A stretch of 64,000 nt of DNA from an uncultured Thermoleophilia bacterium (GTDB taxonomy: Bacteria > Actinomycetota > Thermoleophilia > UBA2241): contig CAWHUW010000005.1 in the NCBI GenBank assembly GCA_963832655.1, positions 257,156-321,155 on the forward strand, given 5' to 3'. Both the position numbers and the translations under genes were made by a program. Of the stretch, positions 12,566 to 23,075 are shown piece by piece. Numbering within the stretch: the first letter of the stretch is position 1; each line of letters starts with the position of its first letter. The notes below the pieces were generated by a model. The model had not been told where the DNA came from. It saw only the letters and a program-made list of their open reading frames with translations, and searched no databases.

Positions 12566-13537
12566 ATGACTGCCCCGGCCCCCGATACCTCACGGCCGCT
12601 GCGCCTCGTCGTCCTCGTCAAGCAGGTCCCCGACACCGCCAACGTCACCGGGGACGCGATGAAGGAGGACGGCACCATCAACCGCGCCGCCCTGCCGACC
12701 GTGTTCAACCCCGAGGACCTGAACGCGCTCGAAGAGGCGCTCAAACTGAAGGACCGCCACGGCGGACGCGTGACCGTCATCACCATGGGCCCGCCGGCCG
12801 CCGTCGCCGTCCTGCGCGAATCGCTGTTCCGCGGCGCCGACGAGGTCATCCTGCTCACCGACAAGGCGTTCGCCGCCGCCGACACGCTCGCGACGAGCTA
12901 CGCGCTGGCACAGGCGGTCAAGAAGGCCGGCGAGTTCGACCTCGTGCTCTGCGGCCGGCAGGCGATCGACGGCGACACCGCCCAGGTCGGGCCGCAGACG
13001 GCCGAGAAGCTGGGCGTGCCGCAGATCACCTGCGTGAGCCGCATCGACGAGGTCGTGGCGGGCGGCGCGGCGAGGCGGAGGGCGGCCGACGTCAGTCGGG
13101 GCCGCGTCGTCGCGACGCGCTCGGTCGAGGGCGGCTTCGAGACCCTCGAGAGTACGCTCCCAGCCCTCCTCACGATCACGTCCGAGGCCAACGACCCGCG
13201 GCCGCCGAGCGTCAAGCTCGTCATGGTCTACAAGGACATCGCCGCCGAGGCGCTGCCGGAGTACGACGACACCTACCTTGATCCCGAGGCCAATGAGGCG
13301 CAGGTCTGCATGCTCGACCGCGGCGGACGTCCGGTCTGTCGCGCGAAGGTCGTGCAGTGGGACCACGCCGCCGTCGGCGCCGAACGCGAGCTGGTCGGCC
13401 TGCGCGGCTCGCCCACACGCGTGAAGGAGATCGAGAGCGTCGTGCTGGCGCAGAGCGAGGCGCGGATGGTCGAGCCTGACGAGACCGGCATCGCCGAGCT
13501 TGTCCACGAGCTGATCGAGGAGCACATCCTTGGCTAG
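12566..13537 (+). CDS. etfB: Electron transfer flavoprotein beta subunit.
   Basis: LRLVVLVKQVPDTANV..., ATG at 12566, overlaps etfA. Confidence 0.85.
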   Translation: MTAPAPDTSRPLRLVVLVKQVPDTANVTGDAMKEDGTINRAALPTVFNPEDLNALEEALKLKDRHGGRVTVITMGPPAAVAVLRESLFRGADEVILLTDKAFAAADTLATSYALAQAVKKAGEFDLVLCGRQAIDGDTAQVGPQTAEKLGVPQITCVSRIDEVVAGGAARRRAADVSRGRVVATRSVEGGFETLESTLPALLTITSEANDPRPPSVKLVMVYKDIAAEALPEYDDTYLDPEANEAQVCMLDRGGRPVCRAKVVQWDHAAVGAERELVGLRGSPTRVKEIESVVLAQSEARMVEPDETGIAELVHELIEEHILG

Positions 13538-13556
13538 CAGGCCCGAGGAGACGACG

Positions 13557-14721
13557 GTGAAGCCGGCGACCACCGGCCAGGTCGCGCACGGCCCCGGGGC
13601 CGGCGACGTCTGGGTCTTCGTCGAGCAGCGCGACGGCGTCGCGGCCGAGGTCAGCCTGGAGCTGCTCGGCCGCGCCCGCGAGCTCGCCGACCGGCTCGGC
13701 GTCAAGGTCGGCGCCGTGCTGGCCGGGGCGGGCGAGGCCGTCAAGGCCCTCGCGCCCGCCCTCGTCGCCCGCGGCGCCGACACCGTGTACCTCGCCGACC
13801 ACGAGCATCTCGGGCAGTACCTCGCCATGCCGTACACGAGCCTCGTCGCCGGCCTCGTCCGCCGGCATCAGCCGCAGATCGTCCTCTACGGCGCGACGAC
13901 CACCGGCCGCGACCTCGGCCCGCGCGTCGCCAGCACCCTGCGCACCGGCCTGACCGCCGACTGCACCGACCTGCGCATCGGCGACCTCGAGATGAAGGGC
14001 ATCGTCACGCGGGACCTGCTGTACCAGATCCGTCCCGCCTTCGGCGGCAACATCATCGCGACGATCGTGAGCCCCGAGCACGTGCCGCAGATGGCGACCG
14101 TGCGCGAGGGCGTCATGGTCATGCCTGAGGCGGACGAGGCGCGGACCGGCGAGATCGTCGACGGTGGCCGTCCAGCGCGGCCATGCGGCCGCGGCCGACG
14201 GCCCCATCCTGCTCCCCGACGCCGACTTCGCCGTGCGCGTCGTGCGCCGCGTCCAGGAGGAGAAGACGGTCGACCTCAAGGGCGCCCGCATCGTCGTCTC
14301 GGGCGGCGTCGGGGTCGGCTCGCGCGAGGGCTTCGCCCTCGTCGAGCAGCTCGCCGACGCCCTCGGCGGCGTGGTCGGCGCCTCGCGCGCCGCGGTCGAC
14401 GCCGGCTGGATCGCCCACGACCACCAGGTCGGGCAGACCGGCGTGACCGTGCGCCCCAAGCTCTACATCGCCTGCGGCATCTCCGGCTCGGTCCAGCACC
14501 GCGCCGGCATGGACCAGTCGGCGCGCATCCTCGCCATCAACAGCGACCCCGGCGCGCCGATCTTCGCGGTCGCGCACTACGGAATCGTCGGCGACCTGCA
14601 CAAGGTGATCCCGATGCTGATCAAGGCCTACCGGACGAAGGGCGCGGCGGCCGTGCCGGGCGCCGCGATGGCGACCGGAGCCGGGGCGGGCGCCGCAAGC
14701 GCAGCGGAAGGCGGCGCCTGA
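13557..14721 (+). CDS. etfA: Electron transfer flavoprotein alpha subunit. There is a frameshift near ~14160.
   Basis: [11 protein letters not shown]...[13 protein letters not shown]-terminus; the C-terminal FAD-binding part ([16 protein letters not shown]...[15 protein letters not shown]) is in ORF 14164..14721. A GAGGAG SD lies before GTG 13557. Confidence 0.8.
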
Positions 14722-16461
14722 TGCCCAACTTCTACACCGACAACCCGGACCTCGCCGCCCAGCTCGACCGTCTCGACCTCGGCGCGCATCGTCGCCTGGC
14801 GCGAGGACGACTACGCCCAGGCGCGCGACTTCGCCTACGCCCCGCGCGACTACGAGGACGCGCTCGACTCGTACCGGCGCACGCTCGAGATCGTCGGCGA
14901 CATCGCCGGCGACTTCGTCGAGCCCCGCGCCGAGGACGTCGACCGCGCCGGCAGCGTGCTCGCCGACGGCGAGGTCTGCTACGCGCCCGGCATCGCGGAA
15001 TCGCTCGAGCGCCTGCGCCAGGCCGACCTCATGGGCATCACCTTGCCGCGCGAGTACGGCGGCCTCAACTTCCCCATCACCGTGTCGGTGATGATCGTCG
15101 AGATGGTCTCGCGCGCCGATCCGGCGCTGATGAACATCTTCGGCCTCCAGGACATCGCCGAGACGGTCAACAAGTTCGCCTCCGACGAGATGAAGGCGGC
15201 CTACCTGCCGCGCTTCGCCAGCGGCGAGGTCACGGGCTCGATGGCGCTGACCGAGCCCGAGGCCGGCAGCGACCTGCAGAACGTCCAGCTCAAGGCGACC
15301 CCGGCCGAGGACGGCACGTGGCGGCTCAACGGCGTCAAGCGCTTCATCACCAACGGCTGCGGCCGCATCAGCCTCGTCCTCGCGCGTTCGGAGGAGGGGA
15401 CGACCGACGCCCGCGGCCTCTCGATGTTCCTCTACGAGCGCGACGAGCACATGCGAATCCGGCGCCTCGAGGACAAGCTCGGCATCCACGGCTCGCCGAC
15501 CTGCGAGCTGCAGTTCGACGACGCGCCGGCGCTGCTCGTCGGCGAGCGCCGGCGGGGGCTCACGACCTACGTCATGAGCCTCATGAACGGCGCCCGGCTG
15601 GCGATCGCGGCGCAGGCGCAGGGCATCGCCGAGGCCGCCTGCCGCGCCGCTGTGAAGTATGCCGGCGAGCGCGTGCAGTTCGGCGCGCCGATCGCGACGC
15701 TCACCCCGGTCGCGGCCATGCTGGCCGACATGAGGGTGAGCGTCGAGGCGGCGCGCGCCCTGCTCTACGAGACCGCGCTGATCGTCGATCTCAAGGAAGG
15801 GCTCGAGCACCGCATCGCGCAACTGGCCGGCGGCGACGCGCCCGAGAGCGCGGCCGCGGAGATCAAGGACCTGCGCGCCGAGCTCAAGCGCTTCAACCGG
15901 CTCGCGAGCCTCTACACCCCGCTCGCCAAGGCCTGCTGCACCGAGATGGCCAACCAGGTGACCTACGACTCGCTGCAGGTGCACGGCGGCTCGGGCTACA
16001 TGCGCGACTTCGCCGTGGAGCGTCACGCCCGCGACGCCCGCATCACCAACATCTACGAGGGGACGACGCAGCTCCAGGTCGTCGCCGCGATCGGCGGCGT
16101 GCTCTCGGGGACGCTCTCAGACCGGCTCGACCACTACGACGCCGGCGACTACGCGCGCACGCCGGAGCTCCTGGCGCGCGTGCGCCACGCCCGCGCACGC
16201 CTCCAGGCCGCGATCGACCACGTCCGCGCGCTCGACGACACGCGCTACCGCGACTTCCACAGCCGGCGTCTGGTGGAGATGGCGATCGACGTGACCTGCG
16301 GCTACCTGCTGCTGCGCGACGCGCAGGGGGACGCCCGCAAGCTGCTCGTGGCGCGGCACTTCGTCGCCGCGATGGCGGGACGCGTGGAGGGGGCGGCGGC
16401 GATGGTGATCGCCGGCGACCCCGGCCAGCTCGACGAGTTGGCCGCCCTCGCCGGCGACTGA
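14721..16461 (+). CDS. Acyl-CoA dehydrogenase (long, ~580 aa type), immediately after etfBA. There is a frameshift near ~14785.
   Basis: [11 protein letters not shown] start (ATG overlaps the etfA TGA). The body is ORF 14956..16461, with IYEGTTQLQV near the C-terminus. Confidence 0.8.
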
Positions 16462-16520
16462 CACGCGCCGCGCGGCGTCCTCGCGGCCTCGGCCGGGCCG
16501 GCTCCGCCCGCCGGCCTCGT

Positions 16521-18707
16521 CTACCCGTACGCCTCGACCCGGTTCTTGCCGCCGCGCTTGGCCTTGTACAGCGCCGCGTCGGCATTGCGGACCAGCTCCT
16601 CGACCGTATCGCTGAGGCCGGGGAACGAGGCCACGCCGACGCTCACCGTGAGGCAGGTGCCCGGACGCCCGGTGATGCCGACGAGGCAGGCGCGCTCGAA
16701 CCGCGCCCGCACACGCTCCGCGACCGCCTCGGCGCCGTCAAAGTTGCCCGGAGCCGGCTCGAGCGGAGCGGTCTCGCCTTCGACGGTCCCGGTCTCGGCA
16801 GGCACCGGCATCGCGAGCTGCGGATCGGCCGCGCCGTCGAGCGGCGTGTTGGGGAGGATGATCGCGAACTCCTCGCCGCCGTAGCGGGCCGCGATGTCGA
16901 TGTCGCGGCGCAGGGCCGCGCCGAGGATGCCGGCGACGGCGCGCAGCACCTCGTCGCCGGCGACGTGACCGCGGCTGTCGTTGAAGGCCTTGAAGTCGTC
17001 GATGTCGACCATCAGCAGTGACACCGGTGAGCCATACCGCTGCGCCCTTGCGACCTCCTGGCCGAGACGCTCGTAGAAGTAGCGGTGGTTGTACAGGCCG
17101 GTGAGGCCGTCGGTGATCGCCCGCTGCTCGCTGACGCGGTACAGACGGGCGTGCTCGATCGCCACCGCGGCCTGCTCCGCCAGCGCCTCCGCCAGTTCGA
17201 GTTCCTCGGGCGTGAACCGTCGCTCGCGCTCCGTCTCGATGAGCACGAGCAGACCGTACGGCTCGTCGTTGAACACCAGCGGCACGTTCAAGTAGGCCTT
17301 GTCGCCGAACTTCTCGAAGGAGATCCGCGCCCCGGGCGTGACGTCGGGGTCGGAGGCGATCTGCTCGACGGGGACCTTGCCGTCGATGATCGCCCGTTCC
17401 TCCGGTTCATCGTCGAGCGTGAACGTCTCGTGCAGCGACTCGAGAGCGGCGGGGTCGGGCTCGCGCATGTACATCGCCGACACCGTGACGGTGTTCGCGC
17501 CGGCGTCGAACTCCTGGATCTGGCACTGCTGGCAGTCCAGGGCCTCCGCCGCCGTGCGGGCGACAGTCTGCAGCACCTCCTCGAGGTCGACGGTGGAGGT
17601 GATCGCCTTCGTCGACTGGAGCAGCGAGTCGAGGCGCCGGTTCTGCTCCTCGAGGCGCTGAAGGACCTGGGCGTTGCGCATCGCGATCGCCGCCTGCTCG
17701 GCCAGCGCTCCGGCGATCTCGCGCTCGTCGCTCGTGAAGTGCCGCTCGGCTTCGGTCTCGACGAAGACGAGCAGGCCGATCGGCCGGCCTTCGTCCTCGA
17801 GCGGGACGCTCATGATCGTCTTCTCCCCGTTCTCGATCATGGAGCGGCGGTTCGCCTCGTCCAGCGTCGGGTCGGAGATCTGCTCCTCCTGTATCCGGCC
17901 GCCGTAGAGAGTGGCACGGTCGCTGGGGAAGTCCCGCAGCGAGTAGGACCGGCCGACCCAGTCCCTGTCGTCCTTGCCGGGGGTGCGCTGGTAGAAGGCG
18001 GCGATACTGATGGTCTCGCTCTCGGCGTCGTACGAGTCGATGGCGCACTCCGTCGTCCCCAGGGCTTCGGCCGCCGCCCGCGCGACCGTCTGCAGAAGCT
18101 CGTCCAGGTCAAGCGTCGAGGAGATGGCGCGACCGGCGTCGACCAGCGCGCGCAGCCGCCGGTTCTGCTGCGCCTCCCGGCGGAACATGCGCGCGTTGTG
18201 GATCGCGACGGCAGCCGGCACGGCGAGCTGTGCAAGCAGCCTGTGCTCCTCCAGGGTGAAGCAGCGCCGCGTACGCTTCTCGACAAGCGTGAGCAGCCCG
18301 ATCGCCTCGTCGTTGAAGATGAGCGGCGCCGACAGGTTGGTGTGCTCGTGCCACTGCTGCATCTCCCGCAGGTGAGCCGGGTCGAGACCCTGGTCGTCGA
18401 GCTGGAACTCATGGACGCCGCCGGTCTCGATGAGCTCGCGAAACGTGGGCCGCTCGGCGATGTCCACCGCCGTCCCTATCCAGGACCGGTCCGCGGCCGT
18501 GATCTCGCGCGCCCACAAGGCCGTCGCGAGGAGCCTTCCCTCGAGCGGCCTGTACTCGTAGACATTGCACTCCCAGACGTCGAAGAGCTCGGTCAGGCGA
18601 CGGGCGATGGTCGACAGCACGTCGTCGAGCTCGAGGCTCGACGACACGGCGGCGCCCACCTCGAGCGCGAGTTCCAGTTGATCGCGCTTGTCGCTGACCT
18701 GGGTCAC
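16521..18707 (-). CDS. Diguanylate cyclase with three N-terminal GAF domains (GAF-GAF-GAF-GGDEF).
   Basis: 728 aa; RYGGEEFAIILPNT (GGEEF motif) and DGLTGLYNHRYF; three repeated GAF-like blocks, each ending in ...AVAIHNARLY / MRNAQ-like helices. Confidence 0.8.
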   Translation of the reverse strand: MTQVSDKRDQLELALEVGAAVSSSLELDDVLSTIARRLTELFDVWECNVYEYRPLEGRLLATALWAREITAADRSWIGTAVDIAERPTFRELIETGGVHEFQLDDQGLDPAHLREMQQWHEHTNLSAPLIFNDEAIGLLTLVEKRTRRCFTLEEHRLLAQLAVPAAVAIHNARMFRREAQQNRRLRALVDAGRAISSTLDLDELLQTVARAAAEALGTTECAIDSYDAESETISIAAFYQRTPGKDDRDWVGRSYSLRDFPSDRATLYGGRIQEEQISDPTLDEANRRSMIENGEKTIMSVPLEDEGRPIGLLVFVETEAERHFTSDEREIAGALAEQAAIAMRNAQVLQRLEEQNRRLDSLLQSTKAITSTVDLEEVLQTVARTAAEALDCQQCQIQEFDAGANTVTVSAMYMREPDPAALESLHETFTLDDEPEERAIIDGKVPVEQIASDPDVTPGARISFEKFGDKAYLNVPLVFNDEPYGLLVLIETERERRFTPEELELAEALAEQAAVAIEHARLYRVSEQRAITDGLTGLYNHRYFYERLGQEVARAQRYGSPVSLLMVDIDDFKAFNDSRGHVAGDEVLRAVAGILGAALRRDIDIAARYGGEEFAIILPNTPLDGAADPQLAMPVPAETGTVEGETAPLEPAPGNFDGAEAVAERVRARFERACLVGITGRPGTCLTVSVGVASFPGLSDTVEELVRNADAALYKAKRGGKNRVEAYG

Positions 18708-20839
18708 GCGTCCTCCGCGTCCGGCGACGCCGAATCCTCGAAGACCTCGGTCCGGTTCTTGCCGGAACGCTTGGCCGCGTAGAGCGCCTTGTCGGCGTTG
18801 CCGACGAGCTCGGCGGCCTCGGGCTTACCCTGGCCGAAGGCGGCGACCCCGACGCTCACCGTGACGTGCGCGTATCGGCGACCGCCGCGTCCGGCGAACG
18901 CCTGCGTGGCGACCGCCTCGCGCAGGCGCTCGCCGACGATCGCGGCGCCGGCGCCGGGCGGCGGCAGTTCCTCGTCGAGACCCTCGAGCTTGCTGCACAC
19001 GCGGCGGCCCACGCACTGCGCGCCCGAGACCGTCGTATGCGGAAGGATCACGGCGAACTCCTCGCCACCGTAGCGCGCCGGGATGTCCACCCCACGGCGG
19101 ATCGAGTCGGCGAGGACACGTCCTACCTCACGGAGTACCTCGTCCCCCATTTGGTGCCCGTGCTCGTCGTTGAAGCGTTTGAAGTCGTCGACGTCGATCA
19201 TCAGCAGCGAGAGAGGAAGTCCATACCGCCACGCCCGCTTGCACTCCTGATCCAGCCGCTCCTGGAAGTGGCGGTGGTTGTAGAGCCCGGTGAGGCCGTC
19301 GCGGACGGCCTGCTCCTGGACCTGCCGGTACAGGCTCGCGTTCGCCAGCGCGACCGCCGCCTGGTTGGCAAGCACCTGCAGCGCCTCGATCTCGCCGACG
19401 AGGAAGGCCCGCCTGCCCGGGACCGCGACACGGATGAAGCCCTCGGCGCGGCCCTTGGCGACCAGCGGCACGACGAGAGACGAGCCGGTCACGTCGACGA
19501 CCTGGGCCGGGCGCAGCGCGTCGAGCGCCTCGCGGGCCACAGCCGGAGGCTCGACCGCGGACGCCGCCGCTTGCGGGCCGGCCCCCAGGTCCTCGCCGGC
19601 CGCGCCGGCGGGGGTGAAACCGCCGCCGCCGACGCGCAGCCAGACGTCGGCCTCGGCCCCGTCGACGAAGAGCTGCCGCGCGCCTTGAACCACTGCCTCC
19701 GCCACGGCCCCGGGGTCGAAGGTCGAGCTCAGAGCGCGACTGGTGTCGAACAGCCCGAGCAGCCGCGCACTCTGGACCTTGCGGGCGCGGTAGAGGCGGG
19801 CGTTGTGCAGTGCCGCGCTGGCGAGCTCTCCCATGCTTCTGATGAGCTCGATCTCCTCCAGTTCGAACGGCCGCTCCTCCACCATGTCGTACAGGCGCAG
19901 GATACCGACCGGCTCGCCGCGGAAGGCGAGCGGCACGCTGAGCACGGTCTTCTCATCCCACGCCGTCATCGATGCCTTGCGGTCGTCGGGCAGTTCCGGG
20001 TCGGACGCGTGCTCCACGACGACGGTGCCGCCGGCGAGGATCGCCCGGTCTCCGGGGTAGGCGTCGAGGGCGTACTTGGTGCCGAGCTCGTCGTCCGGCT
20101 CGACATCCGGCGGGGCGAAGCGCTCGTGGAGTGCGCGATAGACGATGCTGTCGGTCGCGGACTCGTACTCGTAGATGACGCTCTGCGACACGTCGGCGAC
20201 CTCGGCCACGGCGCGGCCCACGCTGCTGAGGACCTCGTCGAGGTCCATCGTCGCGGTGATGGCCAGGGTCGCGGCCAAGACGGCCGCGAGGCGCCGCGTG
20301 TGCTCGGCCCGGTCGCGATAGGCACGCGCGTTGCGCATCGCGATCGCCGCCGGGCCGGCGAGGAGCTCGAGCAGGTGCTTGTCCTCGGCGCTGAAACGGC
20401 GTTCGCGGCGCTCGCGCTCGGCGACGCAGAGCACGCCCAGTACCTCGTCGCCATACACGAGCGGCGCCTCGAGGCTGGCGAGCTCTCCCCACCGCAGCAT
20501 GAGATCGCGCTCCCCCTCGCGGAGGGCCGCGTCATCGACGTACTCCTCGAGCAGGACGCCGTCCTCGAGCACCGCCCGGACGCCGTCACGTTCGTCGATT
20601 GGCACGACGGTGCCCACGTAGGCCTCTTCGTCGGGGTCGGGCAGCGGCGTCCACTCCGCTGCACAGGTCATCGTGTCGTTCGCCGCGTCGTACTCGTGGA
20701 TGTCGCAGTACTGGACGTCGAGCGCCTCACCGACCTGTCGCGCGATGGTGGCAAGCACGCGCTCGAGGTCCAGGGAGCCCGTCAGCGTGGCGCCGACCTC
20801 GAGCACGGTCTCGTAGAGCCCGGCGCGGCCGCTAGTCAC
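18704..20839 (-). CDS. Diguanylate cyclase, second GAF-GAF-GAF-GGDEF paralog.
   Basis: RYGGEEFAVILPHT, DGLTGLYNHRHF. The GTG start is 4 nt after the stop of the upstream paralog, and the stop overlaps the downstream paralog's start. Confidence 0.8.
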   Translation of the reverse strand: MTSGRAGLYETVLEVGATLTGSLDLERVLATIARQVGEALDVQYCDIHEYDAANDTMTCAAEWTPLPDPDEEAYVGTVVPIDERDGVRAVLEDGVLLEEYVDDAALREGERDLMLRWGELASLEAPLVYGDEVLGVLCVAERERRERRFSAEDKHLLELLAGPAAIAMRNARAYRDRAEHTRRLAAVLAATLAITATMDLDEVLSSVGRAVAEVADVSQSVIYEYESATDSIVYRALHERFAPPDVEPDDELGTKYALDAYPGDRAILAGGTVVVEHASDPELPDDRKASMTAWDEKTVLSVPLAFRGEPVGILRLYDMVEERPFELEEIELIRSMGELASAALHNARLYRARKVQSARLLGLFDTSRALSSTFDPGAVAEAVVQGARQLFVDGAEADVWLRVGGGGFTPAGAAGEDLGAGPQAAASAVEPPAVAREALDALRPAQVVDVTGSSLVVPLVAKGRAEGFIRVAVPGRRAFLVGEIEALQVLANQAAVALANASLYRQVQEQAVRDGLTGLYNHRHFQERLDQECKRAWRYGLPLSLLMIDVDDFKRFNDEHGHQMGDEVLREVGRVLADSIRRGVDIPARYGGEEFAVILPHTTVSGAQCVGRRVCSKLEGLDEELPPPGAGAAIVGERLREAVATQAFAGRGGRRYAHVTVSVGVAAFGQGKPEAAELVGNADKALYAAKRSGKNRTEVFEDSASPDAEDA

Positions 20840-22958
20840 CGAACACCTCGACGCGGTTCTTGCCCATGCGCTTGGCCAGATAGAGGGCCTTGTCCGCCTC
20901 CCTGACGAGCTCGTCCGGGTCCGCGGCGCCGGGGTGGGCGGCCACACCGACGCTCACCGTCACACCGACGGCGCCGACCGCCGGCCACCGACGCGGCCTC
21001 GACGACCCGGCGGATGCGTTCGCCGACGATGCGCGCGCCCTCGCCCCGCTCTGACGGCAGCGCCGGGTCCCGGGAGGCGGCCACGCCTCGACGGCGAGCA
21101 GGCCGTCGAGCGCGGCGATCTCCCGGACGATGCGGTCGCCGACGACCTCGGCACCCTCGCGCGCCGTGTTGGGCAGGATCACGGCGAACTCCTCGCCCCC
21201 GTACCGCGCGGCCACGTCCACATCGCGTCGCAACTGCGTCGCGAGCAGCCGGCCCACCTGCGCCAACACCAGGTCGCCGGCCGGGTGGCCGTACTGATCG
21301 TTGAAGGCTTTGAAGTCGTCGATGTCGAGCATGAGCAGCGAGAGGGGCAGACCATAGCGCTGGGCGCGGGCGGACTCCTGCGCGAGCCGCTCGTAGAAGT
21401 AGCGGTGGTTGTACAGACCGGTGAGGCCGTCGGTGATCGCCTGCTCCTGCACGGTCCGGTAGAGGCGCGCGTTGGCGAGCGCCGCGGTCGCCTGGCTCGC
21501 GAGGATCTGGACCATCTCGACGTCCTCGGCGTCGAAGGGGCCCCGGCCGGCGACCGCGACCTCGACACAGCCTTCGACCTCGTCGCCGGCCGTGAGCGGA
21601 GCGACCAGGCGGACGCCGTCGGCTCCGGATTCCTGCGCCGGGCGGCGGTCGGCGACCGCGGTCCGACGCAGTTCGTCCTGCTCTTCACCGTCGCCGTCGG
21701 CCCTCGCTCCGAGCGACACCGTGACGCCCTCGTCCGGCGCCGCGAAGAGCTCCGAGATGGCAGCGCACGTGTCGTGGAGGACGGCCTCGACGTCGAGTGA
21801 CGCCGCCAGCGAGCGGCTCGTCTCGAGCAAGGCCAGGAGCCGGCGGTTCTGCTCCTCCTGCTCGCGGTGGAAGCGTGCGTGGACGATGGCCACGGCGGCC
21901 TGTTCGCCGAGGGCCCTCGCCAGCTCTGTCTCGTCCGGCGAGAAATGCCGTTCGCGATCGGCCTCGATGAGGATCAACTCGCCGACCGGCGTCCCCTCGA
22001 AGAGCATCGGCACGTTGAGGCACGTTCTCTCGCCCCAATCTGTCATGGCCTCGCGGACGAAGGGATCAAGCGAGGGATCCGAGACGCGGTCCTCGACGAT
22101 CGCTCCTGAATGCAGCATCTCGCGATCACCAGGCCGCTCGTCGACATCGTACTCGGCGCCGATCTGTGCTTGCGCGTCCTCGCTCGGCTCGGCCTGGTAG
22201 ATGGCGCGGAACACGAAGACCTCGCGCTCCGCGACGTACTCGTAGATCACGGCCTCGGCGGTCTCGAGCGCCGAGGCCGCCTCGCGGCAGACGACGTTGA
22301 GGATGTCCTCGAGGACGACGGCCGACGTCAGGGTCCGGCTGGAGTCAAGCAGCGACGCCAGATGACGCGCCTGGTCCTCCTCACGACGATAGAGGCGGGC
22401 GTTGTTGACCGCGACGGCCGCAGGGATCGAGAGCAGCCGGACGAGTTCCTTGTCGTCCGCCGTGAAGTGCCGGACCTCGCGCTTCTCGATGAGCGTGAAG
22501 CACCCGATCACGCGATCCTCGAAGACCAGCGGCACCGACATCGTCGCCAGCTCGCCCCACTCCTCCATGAGCTGGCGGTCGAGCGCGTCGGTGCCCTCGG
22601 TGTCGTCGTAGCTCTCGTCGGTGGCGCCTTCGAGCAGGACCCGATGGTAGCTCGGACGATCGGCCAGCGACCATGCGGTGCCGATCCAGTCGTGGTCCTC
22701 CTGCGTCATCTCGCGCGCCCAGGCCGTCGTGGCCACGATGGTCTCGCTGTCGGGGTAGTACTCGTAGATGTCGCACTCCCAGACGTCGAGCGCCTCGGCG
22801 ATGCGGCGAGCCACGCTCCCCAGGACCTCTTCCAGCGCGAGACTGGAGGTGAGGGCGGCCCCCACCTCGCAGGCGATCTCGTGATGACTCTTGACGGCCG
22901 CGTGTCCACGCACGGGCGACGCTCCTGTTCGTACTCCTGCGAGTATCGGCACGCGCAC
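20832..22958 (-). CDS. Diguanylate cyclase, third GAF-GAF-GAF-GGDEF paralog. An imperfect internal duplication causes a local frame disturbance near the C-terminus.
   Basis: RYGGEEFAVILPNT, DGLTGLYNHRYF, 708 aa. Confidence 0.75.
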   Translation of the reverse strand: MRVPILAGVRTGASPVRGHAAVKSHHEIACEVGAALTSSLALEEVLGSVARRIAEALDVWECDIYEYYPDSETIVATTAWAREMTQEDHDWIGTAWSLADRPSYHRVLLEGATDESYDDTEGTDALDRQLMEEWGELATMSVPLVFEDRVIGCFTLIEKREVRHFTADDKELVRLLSIPAAVAVNNARLYRREEDQARHLASLLDSSRTLTSAVVLEDILNVVCREAASALETAEAVIYEYVAEREVFVFRAIYQAEPSEDAQAQIGAEYDVDERPGDREMLHSGAIVEDRVSDPSLDPFVREAMTDWGERTCLNVPMLFEGTPVGELILIEADRERHFSPDETELARALGEQAAVAIVHARFHREQEEQNRRLLALLETSRSLAASLDVEAVLHDTCAAISELFAAPDEGVTVSLGARADGDGEEQDELRRTAVADRRPAQESGADGVRLVAPLTAGDEVEGCVEVAVAGRGPFDAEDVEMVQILASQATAALANARLYRTVQEQAITDGLTGLYNHRYFYERLAQESARAQRYGLPLSLLMLDIDDFKAFNDQYGHPAGDLVLAQVGRLLATQLRRDVDVAARYGGEEFAVILPNTAREGAEVVGDRIVREIAALDGLLAVEAWPPPGTRRCRQSGARARASSANASAGSSRPRRWPAVGAVGVTVSVGVAAHPGAADPDELVREADKALYLAKRMGKNRVEVFGD

Positions 22959-23075
22959 GCGTATCCATAAGAGGCGACACTAGGAGAACCGTCTAGGCGC
23001 AGGCTGCGCCGGCAGGGACGGCGGCGAGCTCGCGGGCCTCGCGCCGCGCCGGGAGGCGCCGCGCGCCCGAAGCGG

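Noticed and set aside
13530-17021. 1163-aa ORF spanning etfA, the acyl-CoA dehydrogenase and the antisense of the first GGDEF gene.
   Set aside because: It is a read-through artefact. It contains the real etfA N-terminus and the [11 protein letters not shown] start of the dehydrogenase, then continues out of frame as Arg/Pro/Gly-rich nonsense.
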